From positions 2,341 through 66,340 of the forward strand of contig JANQEL010000206.1 of NCBI GenBank assembly GCA_028278345.1: a stretch of DNA of 64,000 nucleotides, given 5' to 3'. The translations under genes and the position numbers were made by a program. Shown here one piece after another: positions 19,897 through 29,762 of the stretch (positions are counted from its first letter, which is position 1; every line of letters starts with the position of its first letter). The notes beneath the pieces were generated by a model, which did no database searches, was not told the DNA's origin, and worked only from the letters and a program-made list of their open reading frames with translations. The stretch comes from Myxococcota bacterium. Its GTDB lineage: Bacteria; Myxococcota_A; UBA9160; UBA4427.

Positions 19897-19898
19897 CC

Positions 19899-20381
19899 TC
19901 AGCTCCTCGACCGGTAGCCGCTGAGGGAGATGTCGACGTTGGCCGAGTGTTGCACGCGCACGTCGATGCGAAGCACTTCGCTGCTTCCCGAAAGCGTGTT
20001 GAGGGTGGCGGTGGTGTCGACCGTGACGTCGATCGTGTAGGCCTCGAGGCCGCTGATCGCGTTGCCGTTCTGGTCCTCGGCGCCGCTGTCCGAAAGCCCG
20101 TTGTAGTCGCAGACGTTGTCGTAGAGGTCGCGACTCCCCTCGGCGGCCGGGCATACGGCGCCGGTGATCGGGTCGAGGTCGGGATCGATGTAGGGCTGCA
20201 GGCTGATCTCTTCGAGGTAGGTCTCGGCGATCACGATTGCCTGCTCGAGCAACATGGGATCCGCCGACGCGCGGAGCGTCCGCTCCATCACGGAGAGGGT
20301 CCCGGTGAGGGCGACCGAGAGCACGACCATGGCGATCACGATCTCGATCAGCGAAAAGCCCGCCCGACCTTCACGGAACAT
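19899..20381 (-). CDS. mshD: MSHA minor pilin MshD
   Basis: AG|FSLIEIV, SADPML..QA..IAE.YLEEI, R..YDNVCDYNG. Start ATG 20381. Confidence 0.85.
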   Translation of the reverse strand: MFREGRAGFSLIEIVIAMVVLSVALTGTLSVMERTLRASADPMLLEQAIVIAETYLEEISLQPYIDPDLDPITGAVCPAAEGSRDLYDNVCDYNGLSDSGAEDQNGNAISGLEAYTIDVTVDTTATLNTLSGSSEVLRIDVRVQHSANVDISLSGYRSRS

Positions 20382-20862
20382 GGATGTATCCCGATTCACC
20401 GAGGGCCGAGATCGAGAGGCCACCGATGCTCACGGTCACGTCGGTGGGCACGTCGCCCGCGTTCACCACGCGACCGAGTTCGTCGAAGTACACCGGATCG
20501 AGGGTACTCGAAACGGTCACCCCGGAAGGCCGGTCTCCGGTGTAGCCCGAAGCGCCGCTCGCGGGATCGAATACGGCCTGGCTCCAGGCCCCCGAGTCAC
20601 AGCTCGCCCGCTGCAAGAGCACGTAGCCACTGCTCGTGAAGTCGAATTGCACGGGGCAATGACTCGCAACGGCGAGTTTGCGCGCGTAGCGAAGCGCGCC
20701 CAGCGTTTCCCGGTGATGGAAACGCGTGTCCTTCGACGTCGCGTCGAGGAAGCGGGGTGCAGCGGTCACACTCAGGATCCCGATGATCGAGATCAGCACC
20801 ACCAACTCGGTAATCGTGAAGCCCCCGCGCGATCCGGGTCGCGGCGGACGGCGATCAACCAT
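20371..20862 (-). CDS. mshC: MSHA minor pilin MshC
   Basis: GG|FTITELV...TAAPRF, ALRYARKLA, FDELGR, ESGYIH. Start ATG 20862. Confidence 0.82.
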   Translation of the reverse strand: MVDRRPPRPGSRGGFTITELVVLISIIGILSVTAAPRFLDATSKDTRFHHRETLGALRYARKLAVASHCPVQFDFTSSGYVLLQRASCDSGAWSQAVFDPASGASGYTGDRPSGVTVSSTLDPVYFDELGRVVNAGDVPTDVTVSIGGLSISALGESGYIHVP

Positions 20863-20873
20863 CGATCGGGCGA

Positions 20874-21377
20874 TCAGGGAGCGGTAATGGTGACCGCTCC
20901 GGTCGAGCTGTTGTACGCGATGGAACGGCCCGTCGTTGCGTTCAGCGTGTAGGTGCAGGTCGGGGTGGCGACCGTGACCTGGTAGTCTTCGCTGGTGTCG
21001 GTCGCAACGGTCGGAGCCGAGATGAGCATGTCTTCCCAGAGCGCCTGGCACTCGGCCGCCGTGATCGTGCCATCGCCGCCAGCCGCCTGGTCGTTCTCCG
21101 GCCAACCCGAATCGTTGACACCGATGGTGGTCGAACCCTCGAGGGTGACCGAGTTCACCGCGGCGGTTCCACCAGAGGCGAGCCAGCCGGTGTGGACGAG
21201 ATTGACTGCGGACATGTACGAAGCACCAACGCCCTGGACCGAAGCCGAATGAGCCTGGCCCTGGAGGTCGACGAAGCGCGGGAGCGCCGTCGCAGCCAGG
21301 ATGCCGAGGATCACGATCACCACGACCAGTTCGACGATCGTGAAGCCCTTCTGCCGTCGTGCATTTTCCTTGTGCAT
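20874..21377 (-). CDS. mshA: MSHA major pilin (MshA/MshB-like)
   Basis: QKG|FTIVELVVVIVILGILAATALPRFVDL and a C-terminal Cys pair. Strong RBS, and a 200-nt intergenic gap upstream. Confidence 0.8.
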   Translation of the reverse strand: MHKENARRQKGFTIVELVVVIVILGILAATALPRFVDLQGQAHSASVQGVGASYMSAVNLVHTGWLASGGTAAVNSVTLEGSTTIGVNDSGWPENDQAAGGDGTITAAECQALWEDMLISAPTVATDTSEDYQVTVATPTCTYTLNATTGRSIAYNSSTGAVTITAP

Positions 21378-21470
21378 GTCCTTCTTCCTCAGAGATTGGG
21401 CGATGCGTTCACCCGGACGTCCGTGGATTGCGAGGTGAGTCCCGTTGTCTCACACCAGGGTTCACCGCAT

Positions 21471-21498
21471 TCGTCGGTTGAACGGAATTCGAACTTTA
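21471..21498 (-). promoter_or_regulatory. Putative sigma-28-like promoter of the pilin sub-operon
   Basis: Minus strand reads TAAAGTTC-N12-ACCGACGA (TAAA-N16), in the mshG-mshA gap. Confidence 0.5.
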
Positions 21499-21577
21499 CG
21501 CTCCGGTTGAAACTCGAAAGCGAGATGTGTTCATCGAGTGGCAGCTCTTTGGCAACTGCGACGCGGTGCGCTCTCGA

Positions 21578-22807
21578 TCATCCGCCCTTGGCCGCGCCCG
21601 CCATCTCCCACATGGGGAGGTAGACAGCGAGTGCGAGAACCAACACGACGCCACCGACGAAGACGATGAGAATGGGCTCGATCGATTCGCTCACCTTCTT
21701 CAGGTCGTAGTCGACCTCGCCCTCGTAGAACTCGGCGACCTGGATCAGCATCTCGGCCACGGCACCGGTGTCCTCCCCGATGGCGAGCATCTGGAGCACG
21801 AGAGGAGGGAAGAGCCCCGAGTCGCGCGCTGCGTTTGTGAGGGTGTCGCCGCGCTCCACCGAGTCGAGGATGCCCATGATCTTGTCGCCCACGTAGCGGT
21901 TGTCGACGGCGCGCGACACGACGGCGAGGGCCTGGGTGGCGGGGAGCCCGGAGTCGAGGGTGACCGAGAAGGTCCTCGCAAAGCGCGCGAGCAGGGCGCG
22001 TTCCTGAATCGAGCCCGTGACGGGGGCGCGTAGCTTCATTCGGTCGAACCAGAGCCCTCCGCGATCGGTCAGGGTGAAGCGATGGAAGCCATAGACTGCC
22101 GCGGCGATGGCGAGCACGAACCAGTGCCAGTAGGCGACGGAGAACTTCGAGGTCTTGAGCAACAACTTCGTCGCCCAGGGCAAGCCCGAACCGAAGCTCT
22201 CGAACATCGCGCTGAATGGTGGGATCACCCAGATGTTGATGATCGCGACGGCCACCACGACGGAGATCAGGACGAAGACCGGATAGCGCGAGGCACTCTT
22301 GATTCGCTTGCGGGTTTCCTCTTCGAGTTCGAGATACTTCGACAGCTGCAGGAAGGCTTCGTCGAGGCGTCCCACCGACTCGCCGATGTGGATGATCGCG
22401 ACATAGAGGCTCGAGAAGACCGCGGGATACTGCTGCATCGACGCGGCGAGGTTGTGCCCTGCCTGAAGCCGTTCGGCGATCTCGTTCAGGACGCGCTTGA
22501 ACTCCACGTTGCGCGCCGTGCTCGCGATGCTCTCGAGGGTCCGGATGATCGGAATGCCCGCCCGGGTGAGACTGCACATCTGGCGACTGAACATCACGAG
22601 ATCGGTGAGGCCGATCTGGCGCTGATACCACCAACGCTGGAAGCGGATCTGCAGGTCCGAGTCGGGTGCGGTTTCGCGGATCCCGATCGGCGTGATCCCC
22701 TGTGCGAGCAACTCGCTGGCGACGCCATCAGCGGAGAGCCCCTCGATCGAGCCCTCGACCGAACGCCCTTCAGCGGACTTACCCTTGTACCGGAACAGCT
22801 TGGACAC
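21578..22807 (-). CDS. mshG: MSHA inner-membrane platform protein MshG (PilC/GspF family)
   Basis: FSRQM.SL.RAGIPI, IGESVGRLDEAF, RIKSA.RYP, IGEDTG, IEPILIV, YLPMW. Confidence 0.92.
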   Translation of the reverse strand: MSKLFRYKGKSAEGRSVEGSIEGLSADGVASELLAQGITPIGIRETAPDSDLQIRFQRWWYQRQIGLTDLVMFSRQMCSLTRAGIPIIRTLESIASTARNVEFKRVLNEIAERLQAGHNLAASMQQYPAVFSSLYVAIIHIGESVGRLDEAFLQLSKYLELEEETRKRIKSASRYPVFVLISVVVAVAIINIWVIPPFSAMFESFGSGLPWATKLLLKTSKFSVAYWHWFVLAIAAAVYGFHRFTLTDRGGLWFDRMKLRAPVTGSIQERALLARFARTFSVTLDSGLPATQALAVVSRAVDNRYVGDKIMGILDSVERGDTLTNAARDSGLFPPLVLQMLAIGEDTGAVAEMLIQVAEFYEGEVDYDLKKVSESIEPILIVFVGGVVLVLALAVYLPMWEMAGAAKGG

Positions 22808-22821
22808 GCGGCGCCTTCCGT

Positions 22822-24549
22822 TCAGTCGTGATCGTGGATGTCGACCCGTGCGTCTTCGAGTTCACCGGCGACGCGTACGACTTCTTCGATGCTCGTGATG
22901 CCGCGTGCCGCGTACTCGAGGGCGCGATACGAGAGAGGCTGGTAGCCGGGGGCTGCGTAGGCCGCCTTCGCGTAGGTGGCCGCACAGTTGTCGCGCAGGG
23001 CCGACGCCATCTCGCCGCTGACCTCGAGGAACTCGTACACGCCGACCCGGCCGCGGTAGCCCGTGTTGTTGCAGCGTGGACAGCCGATGCCGAGCTTGAA
23101 CTGCAGGCCCTGGGCTCGCTCCCCCACCATCGCGCGGATCCACTCCTGCTCGATCTGTCGCGGTTCGTAGGGCTCCGCGCACGACTTGCAGAGCTTGCGG
23201 ATCAGGCGCTGTGCGATCACGGCACGCAGGGCGGTCGCGACGAGGAAGCCATCGACCCCCATGTCGAGGATGCGCGAAGCCGTACTCGGGGCATCGTTGG
23301 TGTGCAGCGTCGCAAACACGAGGTGACCGGTCATCGCCGCGCGCATGCCGATCTCGGCGGTCTCCTGGTCGCGCATCTCACCGACCATCACGACATCGGG
23401 GTCCTGACGCAGGGCGGCGCGCAGCACACTCGAGAAGGTGAGCCCGATCTTGTGATTGATCTGCACCTGGTTGAGGCGGGGGATGCGGTACTCCACCGGG
23501 TCCTCGACGGTGATGATCTTGCTGCTCGGATTGTTGAGTTCGGTGAGCGCCGCGTAGAGGGTCGTGGTCTTGCCGCTACCGGTGGGGCCGGTCACCAGGA
23601 TCAGGCCGTGGGGGCGATGGATCAGGGTGCGGAAGCGGGCGAGCATCTTCTCCGGCATTCCGATCTGGTCGAGGCCGAGGTGTTCTTCGCTCTGATCGAG
23701 CAGGCGGATCACCACCGATTCGCCGTGCTGCACCGGCATCGTCGAGAGACGGACGTCGATGCTGCGGTTGCTCACCCGGATGTTGAAGCGCCCGTCCTGG
23801 GGCAGGCGCTTCTCCGAGATGTCGAGGCCGCTCATCAGCTTGAGGCGCAGCACCAGGGCCGGCGCGATGCGCTTCTCCTTCATCACCTGCTCTTGCAGCA
23901 CACCGTCGACGCGCTGGCGAATACGCAGCACGTTCTCGTCGGGCTCGATGTGGATGTCCGACGAGTTGATCTGGATGGCGTCCTCGAAGATCGACTTGAG
24001 CAGACGCACGACGGGGGCGTCGCTCTCCTCGACCTTCGATTCGAGCATCGATAGATCGACCGCGCTGCCGTGAAGCTCTTCGTCGAGTTCTTCGGCGAGG
24101 CTGCTGATCTCGTCGGTCTTGCGGTAGACGAGATCGATCGTGTGGAGGATCTCGGATTCGCGTACCACCGCGGGATGGACGTTGCGCTTGAGGGTTCGCT
24201 CGATTTCGTCGAGGGCGAAGATGTTCGTCGGATCCGCCATGCCGACGAGCAGGTGATCCTTGCGATCCTCGAGCACGACGGCGCGGAAGCGGCGGGCGTA
24301 GGTCTCGGGAAGGGTCTTGACCACCTCGGCCTGCACGTTGAACTGCCCGAGATCCACACAGGGAATGTCGAGTTGCTCCGAGAGGAAGCTCAGCAGACCG
24401 TCTTCGTCGAGGAAGCCTTCGGCGATGAGCTGGCGGCCGAGCTTGAGCCCCGTCTTCTTTTGTTCCGCGAGGGCGGTCTCGAGCTGGTCTTCGCTGATGA
24501 CCCCGTTCGAGACGAGCAGCTCGCCAATGCGGATCTTCTTGCGCTTCAT
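22822..24549 (-). CDS. mshE: MSHA assembly ATPase MshE (PilB/GspE family) with an MshEN c-di-GMP-binding domain
   Basis: RIGELLV..GVI...QL..AL..Q tandem motif, GPTGSGKTTT, TVEDPVE, RQDPD, GEMRD, TLHTND, and two Zn-binding CxxC motifs. Start ATG 24549. Confidence 0.93.
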   Translation of the reverse strand: MKRKKIRIGELLVSNGVISEDQLETALAEQKKTGLKLGRQLIAEGFLDEDGLLSFLSEQLDIPCVDLGQFNVQAEVVKTLPETYARRFRAVVLEDRKDHLLVGMADPTNIFALDEIERTLKRNVHPAVVRESEILHTIDLVYRKTDEISSLAEELDEELHGSAVDLSMLESKVEESDAPVVRLLKSIFEDAIQINSSDIHIEPDENVLRIRQRVDGVLQEQVMKEKRIAPALVLRLKLMSGLDISEKRLPQDGRFNIRVSNRSIDVRLSTMPVQHGESVVIRLLDQSEEHLGLDQIGMPEKMLARFRTLIHRPHGLILVTGPTGSGKTTTLYAALTELNNPSSKIITVEDPVEYRIPRLNQVQINHKIGLTFSSVLRAALRQDPDVVMVGEMRDQETAEIGMRAAMTGHLVFATLHTNDAPSTASRILDMGVDGFLVATALRAVIAQRLIRKLCKSCAEPYEPRQIEQEWIRAMVGERAQGLQFKLGIGCPRCNNTGYRGRVGVYEFLEVSGEMASALRDNCAATYAKAAYAAPGYQPLSYRALEYAARGITSIEEVVRVAGELEDARVDIHDHD

Positions 24550-24569
24550 CCTTGGCTCTCTGTTGCGGG

Positions 24570-25982
24570 CTATTCGAGGGATGCGAGTTCGCGGATGCGG
24601 CTGCGCAGCCAGCGCCGCGGGCCGGTTTCGAACCGCGCGAGGCTGTCGGCCTGCTTGTAGACCGCCAACGCCTCGGTCATGCGTTGCTGACCTTCGAGGC
24701 TGATGCCGAGGCCCATCCACAGACGCGCTTCGTGGGGCGCGAGTTGGACGGCGTGCCGGAAGAGGGTCTCGGCGCGTTCGTGATCGCCGCGTTGTTGGTA
24801 GAGCGCGGCGAGCAGGTTCAAGGCATCGCTTCGCCGTTCGGCCGGCGTCGGAAGACTCTCGAGGATCGCGATCGCCCGGTCGTTCTGGCGGGTCGCGACG
24901 AGCAGCTGGGCATTCAGGAAGTTGTACTCGCCATGCTCGGGGGCTCGCGCCATTGCCTCCGCGAGGTGGCGATCCGCTGCCTGGAAATGCTCGGTTTCGA
25001 TCAGGAGCACGACGAGGGCTTCGCGCGCGCGATGAAGATCGGGATCGATCGCCAGGGCGCGGACGTACTCGGCGATCGCTTCCTTCTTTCGACCCCGGGC
25101 GCTGTATTGCTGGCCGCGATCGAAGGATGCGAAGGCGTCGGGACGACCGACCCGGTTGGCGGGCCGCGTCTGTTCGATCACCCCCCAGCCCGATGCCTCT
25201 GCTTTCGCTTCGACGGGTTCTGCTGCCGGGGCGATGCCCGCATCCCGCCGCTGCTCGAAACTCGGCGGCGGTGTTGCCGCGGTGCCGACTCTCTCACGCC
25301 GATCGATTACATCGACCACGAGAACGGGTCCGGTATCGCCGTGTACCACCTGGCTCTGGATCCGGGCCGCGGGTTCGAACGAGATCAATAGATGAAGGCC
25401 GTTGCTGGTGTTGTGGGCCTCCTGGAGTTGCAGGCCCGAGCCCTCGAAGGCGAACGGGGCGAACGCGGTTGCGAGTCGAGTACCGCTGATCACGATCTCG
25501 ATCTCGCCGTGGGCCGGATCTCCCTGAAGCCAGTACTCGCGCTCACCGGATAGATGGAAGAAGACCCGGGTGTACCCATCTTCGCTTCGCACATCGACAT
25601 CGTGGAGCTCTTCGTACTCCGCGTCCGGTGCGACGCTCGGGAGCAGCGCGATGGGGTCGGTGGCCGAGAGGGACGAAGTCGCATCGTCGACCCCGGAAAG
25701 GGCTTCGGTGATCTCGACCGGCGGACGTGCGCTCACGGCGGGTGCCCTGAACGTTCCGCTCACGACGGGCTGCCATGCGGAGACCGCCTCGAAGAGGAGG
25801 ACGAGTGCACCCGCGGCACCGAGGGTCCACGGCAGGACCCGAATCGGACGAAGACTGCGCTGGCCCCTGATCGGCACGCCGAATCGCGAAAGCTCGACCT
25901 CGTCGAGGGGATGGGGCTGTGTGTGATCTCGTTGCTTCTCACGGCGACTCAGGTCTTCGAGTACGTCGTTCACAAGGCTCAT
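24570..25982 (-). CDS. mshN: MSHA biogenesis protein MshN (TM, AMIN-like domain, TPR repeats)
   Basis: MSLVNDVLEDL start, C-terminal TPRs ending WMGLGISLE, and position between mshM and mshE. Confidence 0.8.
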   Translation of the reverse strand: MSLVNDVLEDLSRREKQRDHTQPHPLDEVELSRFGVPIRGQRSLRPIRVLPWTLGAAGALVLLFEAVSAWQPVVSGTFRAPAVSARPPVEITEALSGVDDATSSLSATDPIALLPSVAPDAEYEELHDVDVRSEDGYTRVFFHLSGEREYWLQGDPAHGEIEIVISGTRLATAFAPFAFEGSGLQLQEAHNTSNGLHLLISFEPAARIQSQVVHGDTGPVLVVDVIDRRERVGTAATPPPSFEQRRDAGIAPAAEPVEAKAEASGWGVIEQTRPANRVGRPDAFASFDRGQQYSARGRKKEAIAEYVRALAIDPDLHRAREALVVLLIETEHFQAADRHLAEAMARAPEHGEYNFLNAQLLVATRQNDRAIAILESLPTPAERRSDALNLLAALYQQRGDHERAETLFRHAVQLAPHEARLWMGLGISLEGQQRMTEALAVYKQADSLARFETGPRRWLRSRIRELASLE

Positions 25983-26025
25983 CTCGCGGATCCTCTTCGC
26001 TCGCTGTCCCGGTCGAGCAACAAGC

Positions 26026-26943
26026 TCACGGGTTCGAGTGGGGGACGTGGATACGCGGCGCGGCGTTCTCGAGGGTCGGGGCGTGCCCCTGCCTGCGCGA
26101 GAACCAGCCGCGCTTCGTGGTCGCGCGCCAGCGGCGCACCGACTCGCTGTCGGCTGCCGCCTTGCGCACGTGGTAGTGGCGCACCACGACGTCGCCGCGT
26201 CCGTAGGCACACATCATCGACTTGTGGGCGAGGGTGTTGATGATGCGCGGAATACCGCGGCTGATGCGATGGATCGCGCGCAGCGCCCAGGGCGAGAAGA
26301 GCATCGTTCCGCGATAGCCGGCAATGCGCAGACGGCAGCGGATGTAGGCGTCGCAGGTGGCGCGATCGATCGGCTTCAACTCGTGCGAGAACGCGATCCG
26401 CTGCTGAAGCTGCCGCAGGCGGGGCTGACCGATGCGCAGATCGAGTTCGGGCTGTCCCACGAGGATGATCTGCAGGAGCTTGTCGCCGTGCATTTCGAGG
26501 TTGCTGAGCAGCCGGATGCACTCGAGCGTCGCATCGGGAAGGGTCTGCGCTTCGTCGACGATCACGACACAGCGGCGCCCCTGCTCGCGAATGTCGATCA
26601 GGACTTCCTTCAGGTACTTCAGCAGCTGATGGGAATCCGCGTTCGGCGGCAGCACGACCCCGAGTTCCTCGGCGAGGTCGAGTTGGATGTGCATCGGAGA
26701 GAGCGCGGGGTAGGGGAGGTAGGCGACCACGAAGCCGTTGCCGAGATCGCGCAGCAGCTTGCGGCACAGCATGCTCTTCCCGGTGCCCACTTCGCCGACG
26801 ATCTTCACCAGGGATTCGCCGCCCTTGAGGGCCACGACGAGGGTGTGGATCGCCTCGTGATGTCCTGCCAGGTTCACGTAGAAGGAAGGATCGGGCGTTG
26901 CGTTGAAGGGCATCGCCCGCAGGCCGAAGTGTTGTTCGTACAT
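26026..26943 (-). CDS. mshM: MSHA biogenesis ATPase MshM (ExeA family)
   Basis: MYEQHFGL...PF, GEVGTGKS, VDEAQ, LVGQPEL, GIPRIINTLAHK. Confidence 0.9.
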   Translation of the reverse strand: MYEQHFGLRAMPFNATPDPSFYVNLAGHHEAIHTLVVALKGGESLVKIVGEVGTGKSMLCRKLLRDLGNGFVVAYLPYPALSPMHIQLDLAEELGVVLPPNADSHQLLKYLKEVLIDIREQGRRCVVIVDEAQTLPDATLECIRLLSNLEMHGDKLLQIILVGQPELDLRIGQPRLRQLQQRIAFSHELKPIDRATCDAYIRCRLRIAGYRGTMLFSPWALRAIHRISRGIPRIINTLAHKSMMCAYGRGDVVVRHYHVRKAAADSESVRRWRATTKRGWFSRRQGHAPTLENAAPRIHVPHSNP

Positions 26944-26945
26944 GA

Positions 26946-28748
26946 TCAGGGCTCCTCGATCTGGGCCGGGGTCGGATGGGGGGAGCGCTTGATGAAGCTC
27001 GAGGCGCTGCTGCGCTCGTTGTCATCACGTGAAATCGAATCGACGCTCTGCGTGATCGCCTCCGTGTAGTCGCCCCAGGTCTGGGAACCGACGACGATCG
27101 GTCGCAATAGGATCACGAGTTCGCTCTTGCGGCTGACATCCTGTTCGTGCTGGAAGAGCTTCCCGAGCAGCGGGATGTCGCCGAGGATCGGCGTGCGGGC
27201 GTCGAGTTCGCTGCTGTTGTCCTGCATCAGACCGCCGATCACGACGACCTGCCCGCTGCGCGCGCGCACGATCGAATCGCTCTCGCGGATCGTGCTCAGC
27301 GCCAGTGGAAGTTCCTGTTCATCGCTGTTGATGCGAATCGTCTTCTGCTGATCCGTGACCTGGCTCACCGAGGGGTGGATGTGCAGGATCACCGTATTGT
27401 CGCGACTGATCTGGGGCGTGACGTCGAGGGCGATCCCCGAGAAGAAGGGCGTGAGGGTTATGTTCGGGCTCGTGGTCGTTCCCGATCCACCGGTGACCGT
27501 CGTGGTCGAGACTTCGGTGACGAAGAACTCGTCCTGCCCGACCTTGATGATCGCCTTCTGGTTGTTCACGGTGGAGATGCGCGGATTCGAGAGCGTGCGC
27601 ACTTCACCCTGACTCTTGAGGAGTTCGATCAACGCCGTGAAGTGGCTCGCCTGTACGGCGATGCTGAACACGCCGCCGAAGGCCGAGGCATCCACCGTGT
27701 CGAGAATGCCCGCGGCGAGATCGGGAGCGGTGTCGGGATGCAGGTTGCCGGTGTTGCCGGCGTTCTCCGAAACCCCGGTGTCGAAGACGGTGCCGCCGCC
27801 CACCTGACTGAAGGTGGTCTCGACGCCGTCCTTGTCGACGAGCTGCGACCAGTTGATGCCCGCCTGATAGCCGTCGGAGAGGGTCACTTCGAGGATGCGC
27901 GCCTCGAGGATCACCTGACGATTGAGCGAATCCTCGATCTGTTTCAGGTAGCGCTCCACGTCGCGCAACTCCCACGGCATGGCGCGTACCACGAGCAGGC
28001 CCGCGTTGGGGTTCGTGACGACCGATCGTCCATCGCCGTTGCTGATGATCGAGGCGACACTTCGTACCAACTCGCTCCAGACGTCGGAGTCGTTGGCCGT
28101 CGCGATCGAACTCCCGGCGGTGAAGGTGACGCTCTCTCCCGAATCGGCGCTTCCCGAATCCGAACCCGAGTCACTCACCTTGTCGGAGATCTGGCCCGAG
28201 CTGATCCAGGTCTGGCTCTGGCCCTTTCGTTCGAGGTTGAGGTAGTTGAGTTCGAAGACCTCGGTGCGAAGCCCGGGCGGCATCACGTAGATGCGGTCGC
28301 CGTCGCGTTGGATGTCGTAGCCATAGACGTCGCGCACGGTGTCGAGGACGTCGCTCAAGGTGGCGTCGCTGAGCGAAAGCGTGATCTCGCCGCTGATCTC
28401 CGGGTGGAGCACCACGCTGTAGGGCGTGTCTTCGACGAGGGAGAGGAAGAACGCTGCGCCGGGCGCCTCCTTCACTTGAACGTCGAAGCGCGATTCCTCT
28501 TCCACCGGCGGTGCAGACTTCGGTACCTCGGCCGTGCGATCGATGGGAGGCAGGATGGCTTCGGTGACCGTCGCGGGCGGGGGCGGGCGCACCTCGACCT
28601 GTTCTCCGGCGGCGACCGGGGGCAGCTTTCCGCTGGTCGCACCGTGACACGACAGCGTGGCGAGCAGCGCCAGGGCCATCGCGGCGCAAGACATCATGCG
28701 CCCGTGCCTGCGACGACCGTGCTTTCTCGTTTTCGTGGACTTCATCAT
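26946..28748 (-). CDS. mshL: MSHA secretin MshL (lipoprotein)
   Basis: Lipobox LSC, QVILEARILEVTL, NNQKAIIKVGQDEFFVT, LTPFFSGIALDVTPQI, KSELVILLRP. Confidence 0.93.
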   Translation of the reverse strand: MMKSTKTRKHGRRRHGRMMSCAAMALALLATLSCHGATSGKLPPVAAGEQVEVRPPPPATVTEAILPPIDRTAEVPKSAPPVEEESRFDVQVKEAPGAAFFLSLVEDTPYSVVLHPEISGEITLSLSDATLSDVLDTVRDVYGYDIQRDGDRIYVMPPGLRTEVFELNYLNLERKGQSQTWISSGQISDKVSDSGSDSGSADSGESVTFTAGSSIATANDSDVWSELVRSVASIISNGDGRSVVTNPNAGLLVVRAMPWELRDVERYLKQIEDSLNRQVILEARILEVTLSDGYQAGINWSQLVDKDGVETTFSQVGGGTVFDTGVSENAGNTGNLHPDTAPDLAAGILDTVDASAFGGVFSIAVQASHFTALIELLKSQGEVRTLSNPRISTVNNQKAIIKVGQDEFFVTEVSTTTVTGGSGTTTSPNITLTPFFSGIALDVTPQISRDNTVILHIHPSVSQVTDQQKTIRINSDEQELPLALSTIRESDSIVRARSGQVVVIGGLMQDNSSELDARTPILGDIPLLGKLFQHEQDVSRKSELVILLRPIVVGSQTWGDYTEAITQSVDSISRDDNERSSASSFIKRSPHPTPAQIEEP

Positions 28749-29101
28749 GGCCGTGCTGCCTCGGGCTGCTTCACCTGGTTCTGGACGAGCTTCAAAGTCA
28801 GATCACCCTTGCGAGTTGCGAGCACGACGCGCTCGCGAGCGATGTGTTTCACAGTGGCTTCGCCGACGGCTTCGCCGGTCTGGACCGGGCGCCCGTTCAC
28901 CACGGCGATACGGCGACCCTGGGCGACCAGGATCGCGGTCAGCGTCCACGCGCTCTCCGCACGGGCCGCGCCGCGATCGGCGGGCGCTGCGTCGGGCGGT
29001 CGCGTGGGATCGCGCAGTTCGCCGCGTGCGTGTGCAGCGCCGGTGATGGTCAGGGCCACGCCGATGGCGATGACTGCATGGCGACGCAGGAGGCTAGACA
29101 C
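28745..29101 (-). CDS. mshK: MSHA biogenesis protein MshK
   Basis: Signal peptide, then LRDPTRP, LTAIL, AVVNG. Synteny supports the call. Confidence 0.85.
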   Translation of the reverse strand: MSSLLRRHAVIAIGVALTITGAAHARGELRDPTRPPDAAPADRGAARAESAWTLTAILVAQGRRIAVVNGRPVQTGEAVGEATVKHIARERVVLATRKGDLTLKLVQNQVKQPEAARP

Positions 29102-29762
29102 CGATCCAGTCCTCCTCGTCGCTCAAGGTGTGGAGCTCGATCGTCACCTTCGCGCGCGGATACTCGGTGACCTCGTAGACGATATGATCCCAGGAGAGGT
29201 CCCAGGAGAGACTCTCGATGGCTTCGAGATAATGGAGAGTCGAGAGATAGCCGCCCTCGAGTTCGAGTTGGAAGCCGTGGCGGAAGAACTCGGGCTTGCG
29301 AGCCGCCGTGCCGGTCTCGCCCCCCGCGCTGCTGTGGCTCGCGTCGGGCGCCTCGAGGCTGGCCAGTCGCAGCAGCTCGAGTTCGCTCTCCTCCGCGAGC
29401 AGGGCTTCGAGCATCTTCGTGACTTCGCCCGGTGGGATCATGCTCGCGAGACGCTCCTGGATGCGGTGATCCAGGGATCGGATCTGATCGCGGATGGCGG
29501 CTTCTTCGCGCGCCAACGGATTGCCTGCGCCGCTCTTCACCTGCTCGGCCAGGGCGCGGGAGCGAGCCTCGAGCTGTTCGGTCTCTTCACCCGCGCGCGC
29601 GAGTGCGCCTTCGAGCCGCGCGCGCTCTTCGTCCATCGGGAGCAGGAGGACCGAATCGAAGATGCCGTAGATCCCCGCGAGCACCGCACAGAGCACCAGC
29701 GCGCGTTCGCGAACGGCGAGATCAGCCCAGCGAGCCTGCAGCTTCTCCAGGTATTCGTTCAT
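29094..29762 (-). CDS. mshJ: MSHA biogenesis protein MshJ (PilO/GspM-like)
   Basis: RER..V TM, FRHG..LELEGGY, L.W....Y.V.EYP.A...IEL.TLS. Confidence 0.85.
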   Translation of the reverse strand: MNEYLEKLQARWADLAVRERALVLCAVLAGIYGIFDSVLLLPMDEERARLEGALARAGEETEQLEARSRALAEQVKSGAGNPLAREEAAIRDQIRSLDHRIQERLASMIPPGEVTKMLEALLAEESELELLRLASLEAPDASHSSAGGETGTAARKPEFFRHGFQLELEGGYLSTLHYLEAIESLSWDLSWDHIVYEVTEYPRAKVTIELHTLSDEEDWIGV

